Shown here piece after piece: positions 50,520-59,087 of a stretch of DNA of 64,000 bases; positions within the stretch are counted from its first letter, which is position 1; the number at the start of each line of letters is the position of its first letter. A program made the translations under genes and the position numbers. Source of the stretch: Alphaproteobacteria bacterium (lineage in GTDB: Bacteria; Pseudomonadota; Alphaproteobacteria; HIMB59); NCBI GenBank assembly GCA_029246865.1, contig JAQWMI010000018.1:44650-108649 (forward strand). The letters run 5' to 3'. The notes below the pieces were generated by a model, which had not been told where the DNA came from, did no database searches, and was given only the letters and a program-made list of their open reading frames with translations.

Positions 50520-50977
50520 GATAATTTAATCTCTTCAGATGATTGATTTGTTACTTTAGCAATAAATAATGAAGCGCTTGCGTTAATCTCTTTATCTAAA
50601 TCTTCTAAAGCTATTTTCTTCTCTTTATTAATTCTGTCCTCTGTGTCTTTAATTTGTTGCTTAATTTTATCTTCTGTAATTTTGAGTAATTTGCCACTTT
50701 CTTCCAAGGCTTGAGACTTTGCATTATTTATTATTGAGTCAGCTTCTTGTTTTGCTTGAATAATCTTATTTTCATATTCGTTAATTAATGTCTCAGCTTT
50801 TTTGATTAGATCATCCTGTTTGGAGAGATGGTCATTTATAAAAGTATCTCTTTTATTCAAAAAAGCTCTTATTTTAGGGAGTGTAAAATATGTAAGTACA
50901 ACAAAAAGTATTACAAATAACACTACCAGCCAAAAAAGCTGAGATAAGAAAAATTCAGTTTGTTCTAGTTGTGGCAT
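50516..50977 (-). CDS. atpF2: F0F1 ATP synthase subunit b'
   Basis: MPQLEQTEFFLSQLFWLVV is the typical b' N-terminus (MPQLD..F..Q.FWL), followed by a coiled coil. Confidence 0.8.
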   Translation of the reverse strand: MPQLEQTEFFLSQLFWLVVLFVILFVVLTYFTLPKIRAFLNKRDTFINDHLSKQDDLIKKAETLINEYENKIIQAKQEADSIINNAKSQALEESGKLLKITEDKIKQQIKDTEDRINKEKKIALEDLDKEINASASLFIAKVTNQSSEEIKLS

Positions 50978-50980
50978 TTA

Positions 50981-51226
<246 letters not shown>

Positions 51227-51982
51227 CTAGTGTAAGTGTAACGCGTCGTTAATATACAAGCATGTTAATATAGCAAAAACATAAGCCTGCAAAAAAGCTA
51301 TTAATATTTCTAAACCTGTTAAGGCAACAATAAAGACTAATGGTAATATGCCTAGTAATCCTAAGGCGGATACAAAGCCAGCAAAAACTTTTAAAAGTGT
51401 GTGGCCTGCTAACATATTTGCAAATAGTCGTACCGATAAACTTATCGGTCTAGAAAGATATGAGATGATTTCAATGGGGATTAATAATGGTAGCATGTAC
51501 CATGGCAATCCAGGTATTACAAAAAAGCTAAAAAATTTAATGCCGTGCTTAACGAATCCTAAAACGGTGACAAATATAAATACACCTAAAGCTAAAGCGA
51601 AAGTAACAATAACATGGCTTGTAAAGGTGAAACTGTAAGGAACCATACCTAAGATATTTCCAAACAAAATAAACATGAAAAGAGAAAAAACTAAAGGAAA
51701 AAACTTTTTACCTTCCTTTCCAACTGTGTCTTCAATTAAGTTGGTAATAAAATTAAATCCTAATTCTGCTGCAACTTGTATTCTAGATGGGTAAAGGTCA
51801 TCAATTGAATTTGTTTTTTTATTTGATTTTAAAAAAGGCAATGAAAAAAAAGCTAATATTAGAATAGTTGTTATAACCATCCATAAGGAAGAATTTGTAA
51901 AAGATATGTCTATACCAAAAAGTTCGAGGTCAACTAATGGCTTAATTTCAAATTGTTTTAATGGGCTATCACCTTTAGACAT
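51227..51982 (-). CDS. atpB: F0F1 ATP synthase subunit a
   Basis: LSVRLFANMLAGH with the essential Arg, and the C-terminal QAYVF. Confidence 0.95.
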   Translation of the reverse strand: MSKGDSPLKQFEIKPLVDLELFGIDISFTNSSLWMVITTILILAFFSLPFLKSNKKTNSIDDLYPSRIQVAAELGFNFITNLIEDTVGKEGKKFFPLVFSLFMFILFGNILGMVPYSFTFTSHVIVTFALALGVFIFVTVLGFVKHGIKFFSFFVIPGLPWYMLPLLIPIEIISYLSRPISLSVRLFANMLAGHTLLKVFAGFVSALGLLGILPLVFIVALTGLEILIAFLQAYVFAILTCLYINDALHLH

Positions 51983-51999
51983 GCGCTATATAAACAATT

Positions 52000-52218
52000 T
52001 TATTCCTTTTTTTCTATGCGACTTATAAGCCTGTAAATATTTAATAATCCTGCTAAAAAACCTAGTATTATCAATGATATTAAGAAAATTGGTTTTGTGT
52101 CCAGTAATTTATCAAGGAATAAACCTAAAAGAACTCCCACTATAACGGCTGCAATCAGTTCGCTAGAGATTCTATATGCAAAACTTAGGCCTTTTAAGTC
52201 CTTTTGATCATTCTGCAT
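52000..52218 (-). CDS. AtpZ/AtpI-like small membrane protein heading the F0 operon
   Basis: 72 aa, two TM helices. Its position upstream of atpB is typical of alphaproteobacterial atpI. Confidence 0.62.
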   Translation of the reverse strand: MQNDQKDLKGLSFAYRISSELIAAVIVGVLLGLFLDKLLDTKPIFLISLIILGFLAGLLNIYRLISRIEKKE

Positions 52219-54808
52219 ATTGAACAGCTTCTTCGAGTTGGACAGAAACTAATTGTGATACACCTTCTTCCGGCATAGTAACTCCATACAGTCTATCCAC
52301 TCTAGACATAGTCATTCTATTGTGAGTAATAATAATAAATTTAGTTTTGACCATTTCGGAAATTTCTTCAACCATACTGCAATATCTATCGACATTATTA
52401 TCATCTAAAGGCGCATCTACTTCATCTAAAATACAAAAAGGAGAAGGGTTGGCAATAAAGACTGCAAATAATAGAGAAATTGCTGTTAATGCCTGCTCCC
52501 CACCTGATAATGAATTAATGTTTTGCATTTTTTTACCTGGAGGGCTTGCAAACATCTCTAAACCAGAGTTCAAAGGATCTTCATCATTTTGAACTAATTT
52601 TAGGTACGCTTTTCCACCACCAAAAAGCTTGGTAAATAATCTTTCAAAATTTTCATTTACAATTTTAAATGCATCTTTCAAACGATCAATACCTTCTTTG
52701 TTAATTTTATTAATTCCCGTCTTTAATTTTTCAATAGACTCCTCAATATCGTTTTTATCTTTAATTGTTTCATCAACTTTTGATCTTAAGTTTGTATATT
52801 CTTCTTCGGCCAATAAGTTCACAGCACCAATTCTTTCTCTTTCAGAATAAAGTCTTGATACTCTATTCTCCGACGTTTCTAAATTGGTGTCTTTTTTAAA
52901 GTCAGGTATTTCATTTTCTAAATTCACTATATCAATTCCAATTTTATCTAAACAATTAGAAGCCAATTGACTTAAAAGATTTTGCTGATTTTGAATTTCT
53001 GACTCTTTTCTAATCATACTCTCTTTGATGATAGAAAAGTTTTGTTCTGTGTTACGAAGATCTTTGGATAATGACTCCAATAGACTCTCTTCTCTTTGAA
53101 GTTCATTGTCAAAATTGTTTTTTTCCAATCTAAGCTCTTGCACTTTATTTAAAATAAATTGTCTTTTTTCTTCAATATTTTCAGGACTTGCTCCAGAGAG
53201 TTCAACTTCTTGCTGAGTAGTATGAATTCTTTCATTTAAATTTTTAATTTTCTGATTGGTTAAATCCGAAATGCCTTTCCATTCATTCATTTGCTTTTTT
53301 AAATCATTTAATCTTTTTTCTTTTAACTCGGTAATTATAGATGAAATATTTTGCTCATAATCGTGTGAAATAAAAAGTCCATCCCATCTCCAGAAATTGC
53401 CTGAATAATCTACAATCGCCTGACCAGGTAAAAGAGCGTTAGAAAATTCTTCTCCTTTATCTTTAGTATCGACGATAGCAATATAATTTAATTTATTTAA
53501 AATTTGCTTAGGTCCTTTAATTACTTCGCTTGCCAGTGTGCAAGGAAAGTTGAAAGAAGAAGATTGAAATAATTCACTACTTTCCGACCAATAAAAAGCC
53601 CCGTCATTCTCTAAGGCTGCAAGCAACTCTTTACCAAATATAGCAGCAACAATTTTTTCGTAATCTTTTTTAAAGCCAATCTGGTTTAATAGGCTTTTAT
53701 CAGAACGATTTTTTGAGTCCTCAGTGACACCTTCTTTGAACTCTCTGTTACTAAGTTCATCAAATTCTTTATTTATCAGCTCAATTTTTGTATCTGTGTC
53801 TTTTTTTTGGGTTATCTCGGCATTGAGATCTTTTTGCAGCTGATTTAGACGGTATTCAAGATTACTTTTGTGCTCTTCAAACCTTAATTCTTCCTGCTTA
53901 AGATTTTCAATAGACATGTCAAGTCTTTCTAATTCGGAATTAAGCGAATATGATTTTTCTCTCATAGGAGGTATTTTAATTTTAAGTTCCTCATAGGATG
54001 TATTATTCCTTAAAACCTCATTTTTTTGATCATTTACTCTGAATTCTATTGCTTTTTTTTCAGTATCTAGAGCCTCAATGGTCTTAAGAATGGTTTCTCT
54101 TTTTACATAAAAAACAGAAGCTTCAGCATTTTTAATTAGTGAGGAAATGTTTTTGAATCTTTCTGCTTCTTTGGATTGTTTTTTAAGAATTGCTAATTGT
54201 TCTTCATAGGTTTTAATTACATCTTCTACTCTCAAAAGATTATTTGAGGCGGCTTTAATTCTTAATTCTGCGTCATGTCTTCTTGCCTGTAAACCTAAAA
54301 TTCCTGCAGCTTCTTCTAAAACCATTCTTCTATCTTCAGGTTTAGCTTGAGTTATGGCACCAATTCTGCCTTGGCTCACAATTGAAGTTGATCTAGCTGA
54401 AGTTGATGCGTCTGCAAATAATAATTGAATATCTTTGAGTCTTACCTCCTTACTATTGATATAAGAGCTGGACCCTTCACCACGAAAAATTTTTCTATTA
54501 ATTTCAACTTCTTTTGATTCATATTTCTTCTCAGAACTTGTACCCTCTATATTTAAATGAAGACTTACTTCAGCTAGATTCCAAGAAGGTCTATTTTCAG
54601 TGCCAGCAAATATTAAATCATCGATTTCTTTATCACGCAATTGTTTAGCTGAGACTTCACCTAATCCAAATCTAATAGCTTCAACTATATTTGATTTACC
54701 GCATCCATTAGGCCCTACAATACCAGTTAAGCCAGATTTAATTTCAATTTCAGTCGGTTCGACAAACGACTTAAAACCTTTAATAGATAATTTTTCTAAA
54801 TTCAGCAA
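52208..54808 (-). CDS. smc: Chromosome segregation protein SMC, short form (866 aa)
   Basis: N-terminal IKGFKSF...GPNGCGKSN (Walker A), C-terminal LSGGEQALTA (signature) and CILDEVDAPLD (Walker B). Central hinge-like segment with flanking heptad-rich arms. Confidence 0.87.
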   Translation of the reverse strand: MLNLEKLSIKGFKSFVEPTEIEIKSGLTGIVGPNGCGKSNIVEAIRFGLGEVSAKQLRDKEIDDLIFAGTENRPSWNLAEVSLHLNIEGTSSEKKYESKEVEINRKIFRGEGSSSYINSKEVRLKDIQLLFADASTSARSTSIVSQGRIGAITQAKPEDRRMVLEEAAGILGLQARRHDAELRIKAASNNLLRVEDVIKTYEEQLAILKKQSKEAERFKNISSLIKNAEASVFYVKRETILKTIEALDTEKKAIEFRVNDQKNEVLRNNTSYEELKIKIPPMREKSYSLNSELERLDMSIENLKQEELRFEEHKSNLEYRLNQLQKDLNAEITQKKDTDTKIELINKEFDELSNREFKEGVTEDSKNRSDKSLLNQIGFKKDYEKIVAAIFGKELLAALENDGAFYWSESSELFQSSSFNFPCTLASEVIKGPKQILNKLNYIAIVDTKDKGEEFSNALLPGQAIVDYSGNFWRWDGLFISHDYEQNISSIITELKEKRLNDLKKQMNEWKGISDLTNQKIKNLNERIHTTQQEVELSGASPENIEEKRQFILNKVQELRLEKNNFDNELQREESLLESLSKDLRNTEQNFSIIKESMIRKESEIQNQQNLLSQLASNCLDKIGIDIVNLENEIPDFKKDTNLETSENRVSRLYSERERIGAVNLLAEEEYTNLRSKVDETIKDKNDIEESIEKLKTGINKINKEGIDRLKDAFKIVNENFERLFTKLFGGGKAYLKLVQNDEDPLNSGLEMFASPPGKKMQNINSLSGGEQALTAISLLFAVFIANPSPFCILDEVDAPLDDNNVDRYCSMVEEISEMVKTKFIIITHNRMTMSRVDRLYGVTMPEEGVSQLVSVQLEEAVQYAE

Positions 54809-54809
54809 T

Positions 54810-55436
54810 TTATTCTTTTAATTTTTTCTTGATGATATCTATAAATTTTACTGCGGGTTGGTTTCCCATTATTTTTTCATCATTAATCAAAAATGTTGGA
54901 GTGGATTCTACTTTATATTTTTTCTGAGCCTCCATTTGTTTAGCCAATAATTTATTTTGCATATCCTCGTTTTTAATACATTGAAGAAGTTTACTTTCAG
55001 AATGGCCCAATTGCAGAGCGTAGTTCATGAGAGTATTTTCTAGTTCAAATTGACTCTCGGGTTCTGAACTTTTGTATATTTTTTTCCAAGTATCTTGTTG
55101 ATCATAAACAATATCTGTAAATGTTGATCGATTATCCCCAATACAACTACCAATCCTAGAGGCATAAAAAGCAAAATAATCTAAAGGAAAATCAATAATG
55201 TAATAGTTTATATCGTCAATAATTTCTGATTGCTTAATTTCAGGCAAAGTAATTGTATGAAAATCCCTACAGTGGGAGCATGTAAAAGATGAAAATTCAA
55301 TTATATCGACAGCATTTGGATTATTTGACTTTATTAAAGGTATCTCATCTTTGATAAAACCTTTATAATTTATACTTTCAGCGTTTAATGAACCACAAAT
55401 AAGAAATATAAGTAATAGTATTTTATTTATTTTCAT
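54810..55436 (-). CDS. DsbA-family thiol:disulfide oxidoreductase
   Basis: Signal peptide, FSSFTCSHCRDFH (CxxC), and C-terminal STPTFLIN (cis-Pro loop). Confidence 0.8.
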   Translation of the reverse strand: MKINKILLLIFLICGSLNAESINYKGFIKDEIPLIKSNNPNAVDIIEFSSFTCSHCRDFHTITLPEIKQSEIIDDINYYIIDFPLDYFAFYASRIGSCIGDNRSTFTDIVYDQQDTWKKIYKSSEPESQFELENTLMNYALQLGHSESKLLQCIKNEDMQNKLLAKQMEAQKKYKVESTPTFLINDEKIMGNQPAVKFIDIIKKKLKE

Positions 55437-55890
55437 TCTTTATTGACCTATTTATCCTTTCAAAAATTAAATCTGCATCGACATCTTTTATACCATTTAA
55501 TTCTATTTTATTAACTTTTTTTGATAAATGTTCGTATTTATTATTAATAGTTATTTTATTCGAGGACTGGCTACTAAAAATATCCTGAAAAAAATGGATC
55601 TTTTTGACTCTCATACCAATAGTCTGTTCAACCCTTAGTGTGATTTCTGGAAGCCTTGATCTTAAGTCAAAAACTATAGATGGATCGCACAATATCTCAA
55701 TTGAGCAAGAATCAGATTTTTGATGGTATGATAATGTCTTTAATTTTGTCTTTGAAAAAAAATCTATTCCAACTACTTTTTCCCAATCTTTGTTTAGAAG
55801 TAGGTTTAATTTTAATTTTTTTTTATTAAGGTGATTCACTAAATGGAAAGCAACATCATCCAATTTTCTGAATTTCTTAAAAAAAGACAT
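55423..55890 (-). CDS. DUF721 (DciA-like) protein
   Basis: WEKVVG...L..L..H......L.I.C motif pattern of DUF721. The position between dsbA and mutY is common in alphaproteobacteria. The start is uncertain (ATG 55890, TTG 55863 or GTG 55839). Confidence 0.6.
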   Translation of the reverse strand: MSFFKKFRKLDDVAFHLVNHLNKKKLKLNLLLNKDWEKVVGIDFFSKTKLKTLSYHQKSDSCSIEILCDPSIVFDLRSRLPEITLRVEQTIGMRVKKIHFFQDIFSSQSSNKITINNKYEHLSKKVNKIELNGIKDVDADLIFERINRSIKNENK

Positions 55891-56853
55891 TTTACAAAAA
55901 GTATCTTACTATGGTTTAAAAAAAATAATAGAAAGTTAATTTGGAGAGAGCAAAGAACTCCATACACTACTTATATCTCTGAAATTATGCTACAACAAAC
56001 TACAGTTGGCACAGTTGAAAAAAAATTTCCTGTTTTTTTGAAAAAGTATCCTAATTTTAAATCTTTTACAAAATCCTCAGAAAAAGAACTTCTAACCTAT
56101 TGGTCAGGATTAGGTTATTACAGAAGAGCAAGAAATCTTTGGAGTACTATTAAAATTTTAAATACCTCTTATAGGTCTGAAATTCCAAAACAAAAAAAAC
56201 TATTATTGACTTTACCTGGTATTGGAGTTTATACAGCATCAGCAATTAGAGCTATTGGCTATAATCTACCAGACAGTCCTGTTGATATTAATATTCAACG
56301 AGTTTTCTCAGGATTATATGGTTCTGAATTAAGTCATAAACAAATAGAAATTATTCTAAAATTTATTTGGCCTAAAAATCATAGCAGGGATTTTACAGAG
56401 GCGCTGATGGATCTTTCATCAGCCATTAAAAAAAATAATGACCTAATCATAAATGGTTTAGATTTAAAAAAATATCTATTTTCTAAAAACCAAAAAAAAA
56501 TACAGACTATTAAGTTTAAGAAAGTTTCAAACAAAAAAATTAAAATAAGTTTTTTTATTATTAGACATAAAGAACAAATAGCTTTTTTAAAAAAACCAAA
56601 TTTAAGTTTTTTTGATGGCTTTGAGCATTTACCAAATAGTCAAGACGAATTCTCAAGTGAATTGTTTACAACTAGCCAATCAAAAAAAATAAAAGATATA
56701 AAATACACAATCACTAATCACAACTTTCAAATTAAAGTTTTTGAGTTTTTCACTAAATCAAGAAATAAAAAATTTAAATGGTTCGATTTAAAAGATATAG
56801 CTAGTATACCTTTGCCTACTTTATATAAAAAAATCTTAGTTTTAGTCCCTTAA
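55843..56853 (+). CDS. mutY: A/G-specific adenine DNA glycosylase homologue lacking all [4Fe-4S] cysteines
   Basis: SEIMLQQT (catalytic Glu), GLGYYRRARNL, HhH LPGIGVYTASAI, VDINIQRV (catalytic Asp), and a C-terminal NUDIX-like domain. The protein contains no Cys at all. Confidence 0.82.
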   Translation: MESNIIQFSEFLKKRHFTKSILLWFKKNNRKLIWREQRTPYTTYISEIMLQQTTVGTVEKKFPVFLKKYPNFKSFTKSSEKELLTYWSGLGYYRRARNLWSTIKILNTSYRSEIPKQKKLLLTLPGIGVYTASAIRAIGYNLPDSPVDINIQRVFSGLYGSELSHKQIEIILKFIWPKNHSRDFTEALMDLSSAIKKNNDLIINGLDLKKYLFSKNQKKIQTIKFKKVSNKKIKISFFIIRHKEQIAFLKKPNLSFFDGFEHLPNSQDEFSSELFTTSQSKKIKDIKYTITNHNFQIKVFEFFTKSRNKKFKWFDLKDIASIPLPTLYKKILVLVP

Positions 56854-57903
56854 TTTATTTCTTAAAATATCAATAGACTCTAGTTCTTGATTTTTATTTT
56901 TATAATGCCAATAATCCCATCCGTTAAATGAAGAGGTATTATTAACTAACGCTGCTATTTGATGAATTGATCCTCTTTTATCATCAATTTTAATTGATCC
57001 ATCAGATTGGATTGTAGCTCTTTTAGTATCTTTACTATTGTAAAGTGTTTCACCAGGTTCTAGATATCCTTCATGAACCAAGTTTCCAAAAGGTATTTTC
57101 TTCTTAGGTACGTCTTTCTCTAATGGCTCTAAGATAGATTTATTAATTTTTTTTACTTCTTTAATTCTCTGATTTGCTAAGTCTGAATATTCTTTATTTT
57201 GCTCAAATCCTATGAAGTTTCTTCCCAAGTATTTAGCTGCTGCACAAAAACTCCCTGTACCAGCAAATGGTTCTAGAAGGATATCTGACTCTGAAGAACA
57301 TTGAGTGATAATTTTTTTCATTAATGCCAAGGGTTTCTGAGTAGGGTGTGCTGTCTTATTATTTTTATTTTTTATTCTTTCTTTTCCAGAGCATATTGGA
57401 AAACTCCATATACTTCTTTCTTGTTTATCTTCATTAGCTGTTTTTAATGCATGATAATTGAATTTATATTTTGATTTTTTCGATTTAGAGCACCATAAGA
57501 GTGTTTCGTGAGCATTTGTGAGTCTAGTCGCTCTAAAATTAGGTAAAGGGTTAGTTTTGGACCATATTACATCATTTAATATCCAATAATCTAAATTTTG
57601 AAGAATTGCACCAATCCTATAGATATTATGGTACGAACCCACTATCCAAAGCGTGCCATCGTCTTTTAAAACTCTTTTACATTCTTTTAGGTAGTTATAG
57701 GTAAAATTATCATATTCCTCATAACCATCAAATTTATCCCATTGTTCTTCAACGCCCTTGACAAGAGAATGATTTGGTCTAGTGAGCTGCTTGTCTAGCT
57801 GTAAAAAATATGGTGGGTCTAAGAATATTAGATCAATTGACTTGTCCTTAATTTTTTTAAACAAGTCTTCGCAATTTCCCAAATATATTTTATTTAAATT
57901 CAT
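56842..57903 (-). CDS. ccrM: CcrM-type N6-adenine DNA methyltransferase (beta class, GANTC-type)
   Basis: IDLIFLDPPY near the N-terminus, HPTQKP, and EPFAGTGS (SAM motif after the catalytic motif, the beta-class order). The conserved C-terminal ~80-aa domain is present. I prefer ATG 57903 (MNLNKIYLGNC) to the track start at 57936. Confidence 0.88.
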   Translation of the reverse strand: MNLNKIYLGNCEDLFKKIKDKSIDLIFLDPPYFLQLDKQLTRPNHSLVKGVEEQWDKFDGYEEYDNFTYNYLKECKRVLKDDGTLWIVGSYHNIYRIGAILQNLDYWILNDVIWSKTNPLPNFRATRLTNAHETLLWCSKSKKSKYKFNYHALKTANEDKQERSIWSFPICSGKERIKNKNNKTAHPTQKPLALMKKIITQCSSESDILLEPFAGTGSFCAAAKYLGRNFIGFEQNKEYSDLANQRIKEVKKINKSILEPLEKDVPKKKIPFGNLVHEGYLEPGETLYNSKDTKRATIQSDGSIKIDDKRGSIHQIAALVNNTSSFNGWDYWHYKNKNQELESIDILRNKLRD

Positions 57904-57973
57904 ATGAATAAGAATCTTATAGTTAAATTGAATCAAAAATTAATTTATCCAAGATACCTGTTGATATCTTTGG

Positions 57974-58573
57974 TTATAACTTATTGATAAATTGAGAAAT
58001 AGGTTGATAAGTAATTCTGTGAAATGGACTAATACCTAAATTTTTAATGCTACCAAGATGATTTTTTGTCGGATATCCTGCATTTTTGTCCCAAAAAAAA
58101 CGGTTATCATATTTGTGCAGCTTCGCCATTAATTCATCTCTAAAACACTTTGCTATAATTGAAGCAGCAGATACTTGTGGAAATTTATCATCAGCTTTAA
58201 TTACTGCTTCAATATCTAACTTTTTTAAATCCTCAGGAATAAAAACACCATCTATTATTATTTTATCAGAATTTTGATAAATATCTCTAATTGCAGCTCC
58301 CATACACCAAAGCACAGTTTTATGTATGTTATATTTTTCAATAGTTTTCTTTTTACCAAAAATAATTGAATAATTTATTAATTTCTTACGTTTTAAATCT
58401 TTGAGTTCTTCATAAATAATTTCCCTCTTTCTTTTCGATAATTTTTTTGAGTCCCTAAGTGCGTAAGGAAATTTTTGAAAAAATTCATCAGTGGATCTAA
58501 AGGCGCATATGATAGCGCTTCCAACAAGAGATCCTCTTCCTACTTCATCAACACCTATAATATTACGATTCAT
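57974..58573 (-). CDS. rnhB: Ribonuclease HII
   Basis: IIGVDEVGRGSL, DSKKLS, ASI.AK, and GYP motifs. Confidence 0.92.
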   Translation of the reverse strand: MNRNIIGVDEVGRGSLVGSAIICAFRSTDEFFQKFPYALRDSKKLSKRKREIIYEELKDLKRKKLINYSIIFGKKKTIEKYNIHKTVLWCMGAAIRDIYQNSDKIIIDGVFIPEDLKKLDIEAVIKADDKFPQVSAASIIAKCFRDELMAKLHKYDNRFFWDKNAGYPTKNHLGSIKNLGISPFHRITYQPISQFINKL

Positions 58574-59087
58574 TTAACCTAGGTATTAATTCAATAAAAT
58601 TACAAGGTTTGTGTCTTATATCTAATTGATAGTAAAGTATTTGCTCCCAAGCATCTTTTACAGCTGAGGCTGAACCCGGTAGACAAAAGACATATTTTTT
58701 ATTAACTAAGAATGCAGATGATCTTGATTGTATTGTGGAAGTTCCTATTTTTTTATAACTTAAGTAACGAAACAATTCACCAAATCCGGGAATCTCAATT
58801 TCTGAAATATCTTTAACTGCGTCAACAGTATTATCTCTGCCTGTTAAACCGGTACCACCAGTTGTTATAATGACATCAACATGTAGATCTTGACTGATTT
58901 TCTGAATCGTATTTTGAATTAACCTCACATCATCTTTGATAATTTCATACTTTGTAACTTTGTGTTCCTTGTTGATAATAGATTTTTTTAAATATGTACC
59001 AGATTTATCATTTTCACCATTTCTAGTATCCGAAATAGTAACTACAGCTATACCAATTTGTTTGAATGCAATTGATTCATTTATCAT
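58563..59087 (-). CDS. moaB: MoaB/MogA-family molybdenum cofactor biosynthesis protein
   Basis: VITTGGTGLTGRD and LPGSASAV motifs of the MoCF_biosynth domain. Confidence 0.78.
   Translation of the reverse strand: MINESIAFKQIGIAVVTISDTRNGENDKSGTYLKKSIINKEHKVTKYEIIKDDVRLIQNTIQKISQDLHVDVIITTGGTGLTGRDNTVDAVKDISEIEIPGFGELFRYLSYKKIGTSTIQSRSSAFLVNKKYVFCLPGSASAVKDAWEQILYYQLDIRHKPCNFIELIPRLNES

Noticed and set aside
57904-57973. CtrA box (TTAA-N7-TTAA) upstream of ccrM.
   Set aside because: The two TTAA motifs present (57923-57926 and 57940-57943) are 13 nt apart, not 7. TTAA is too frequent in this AT-rich DNA to be meaningful on its own.
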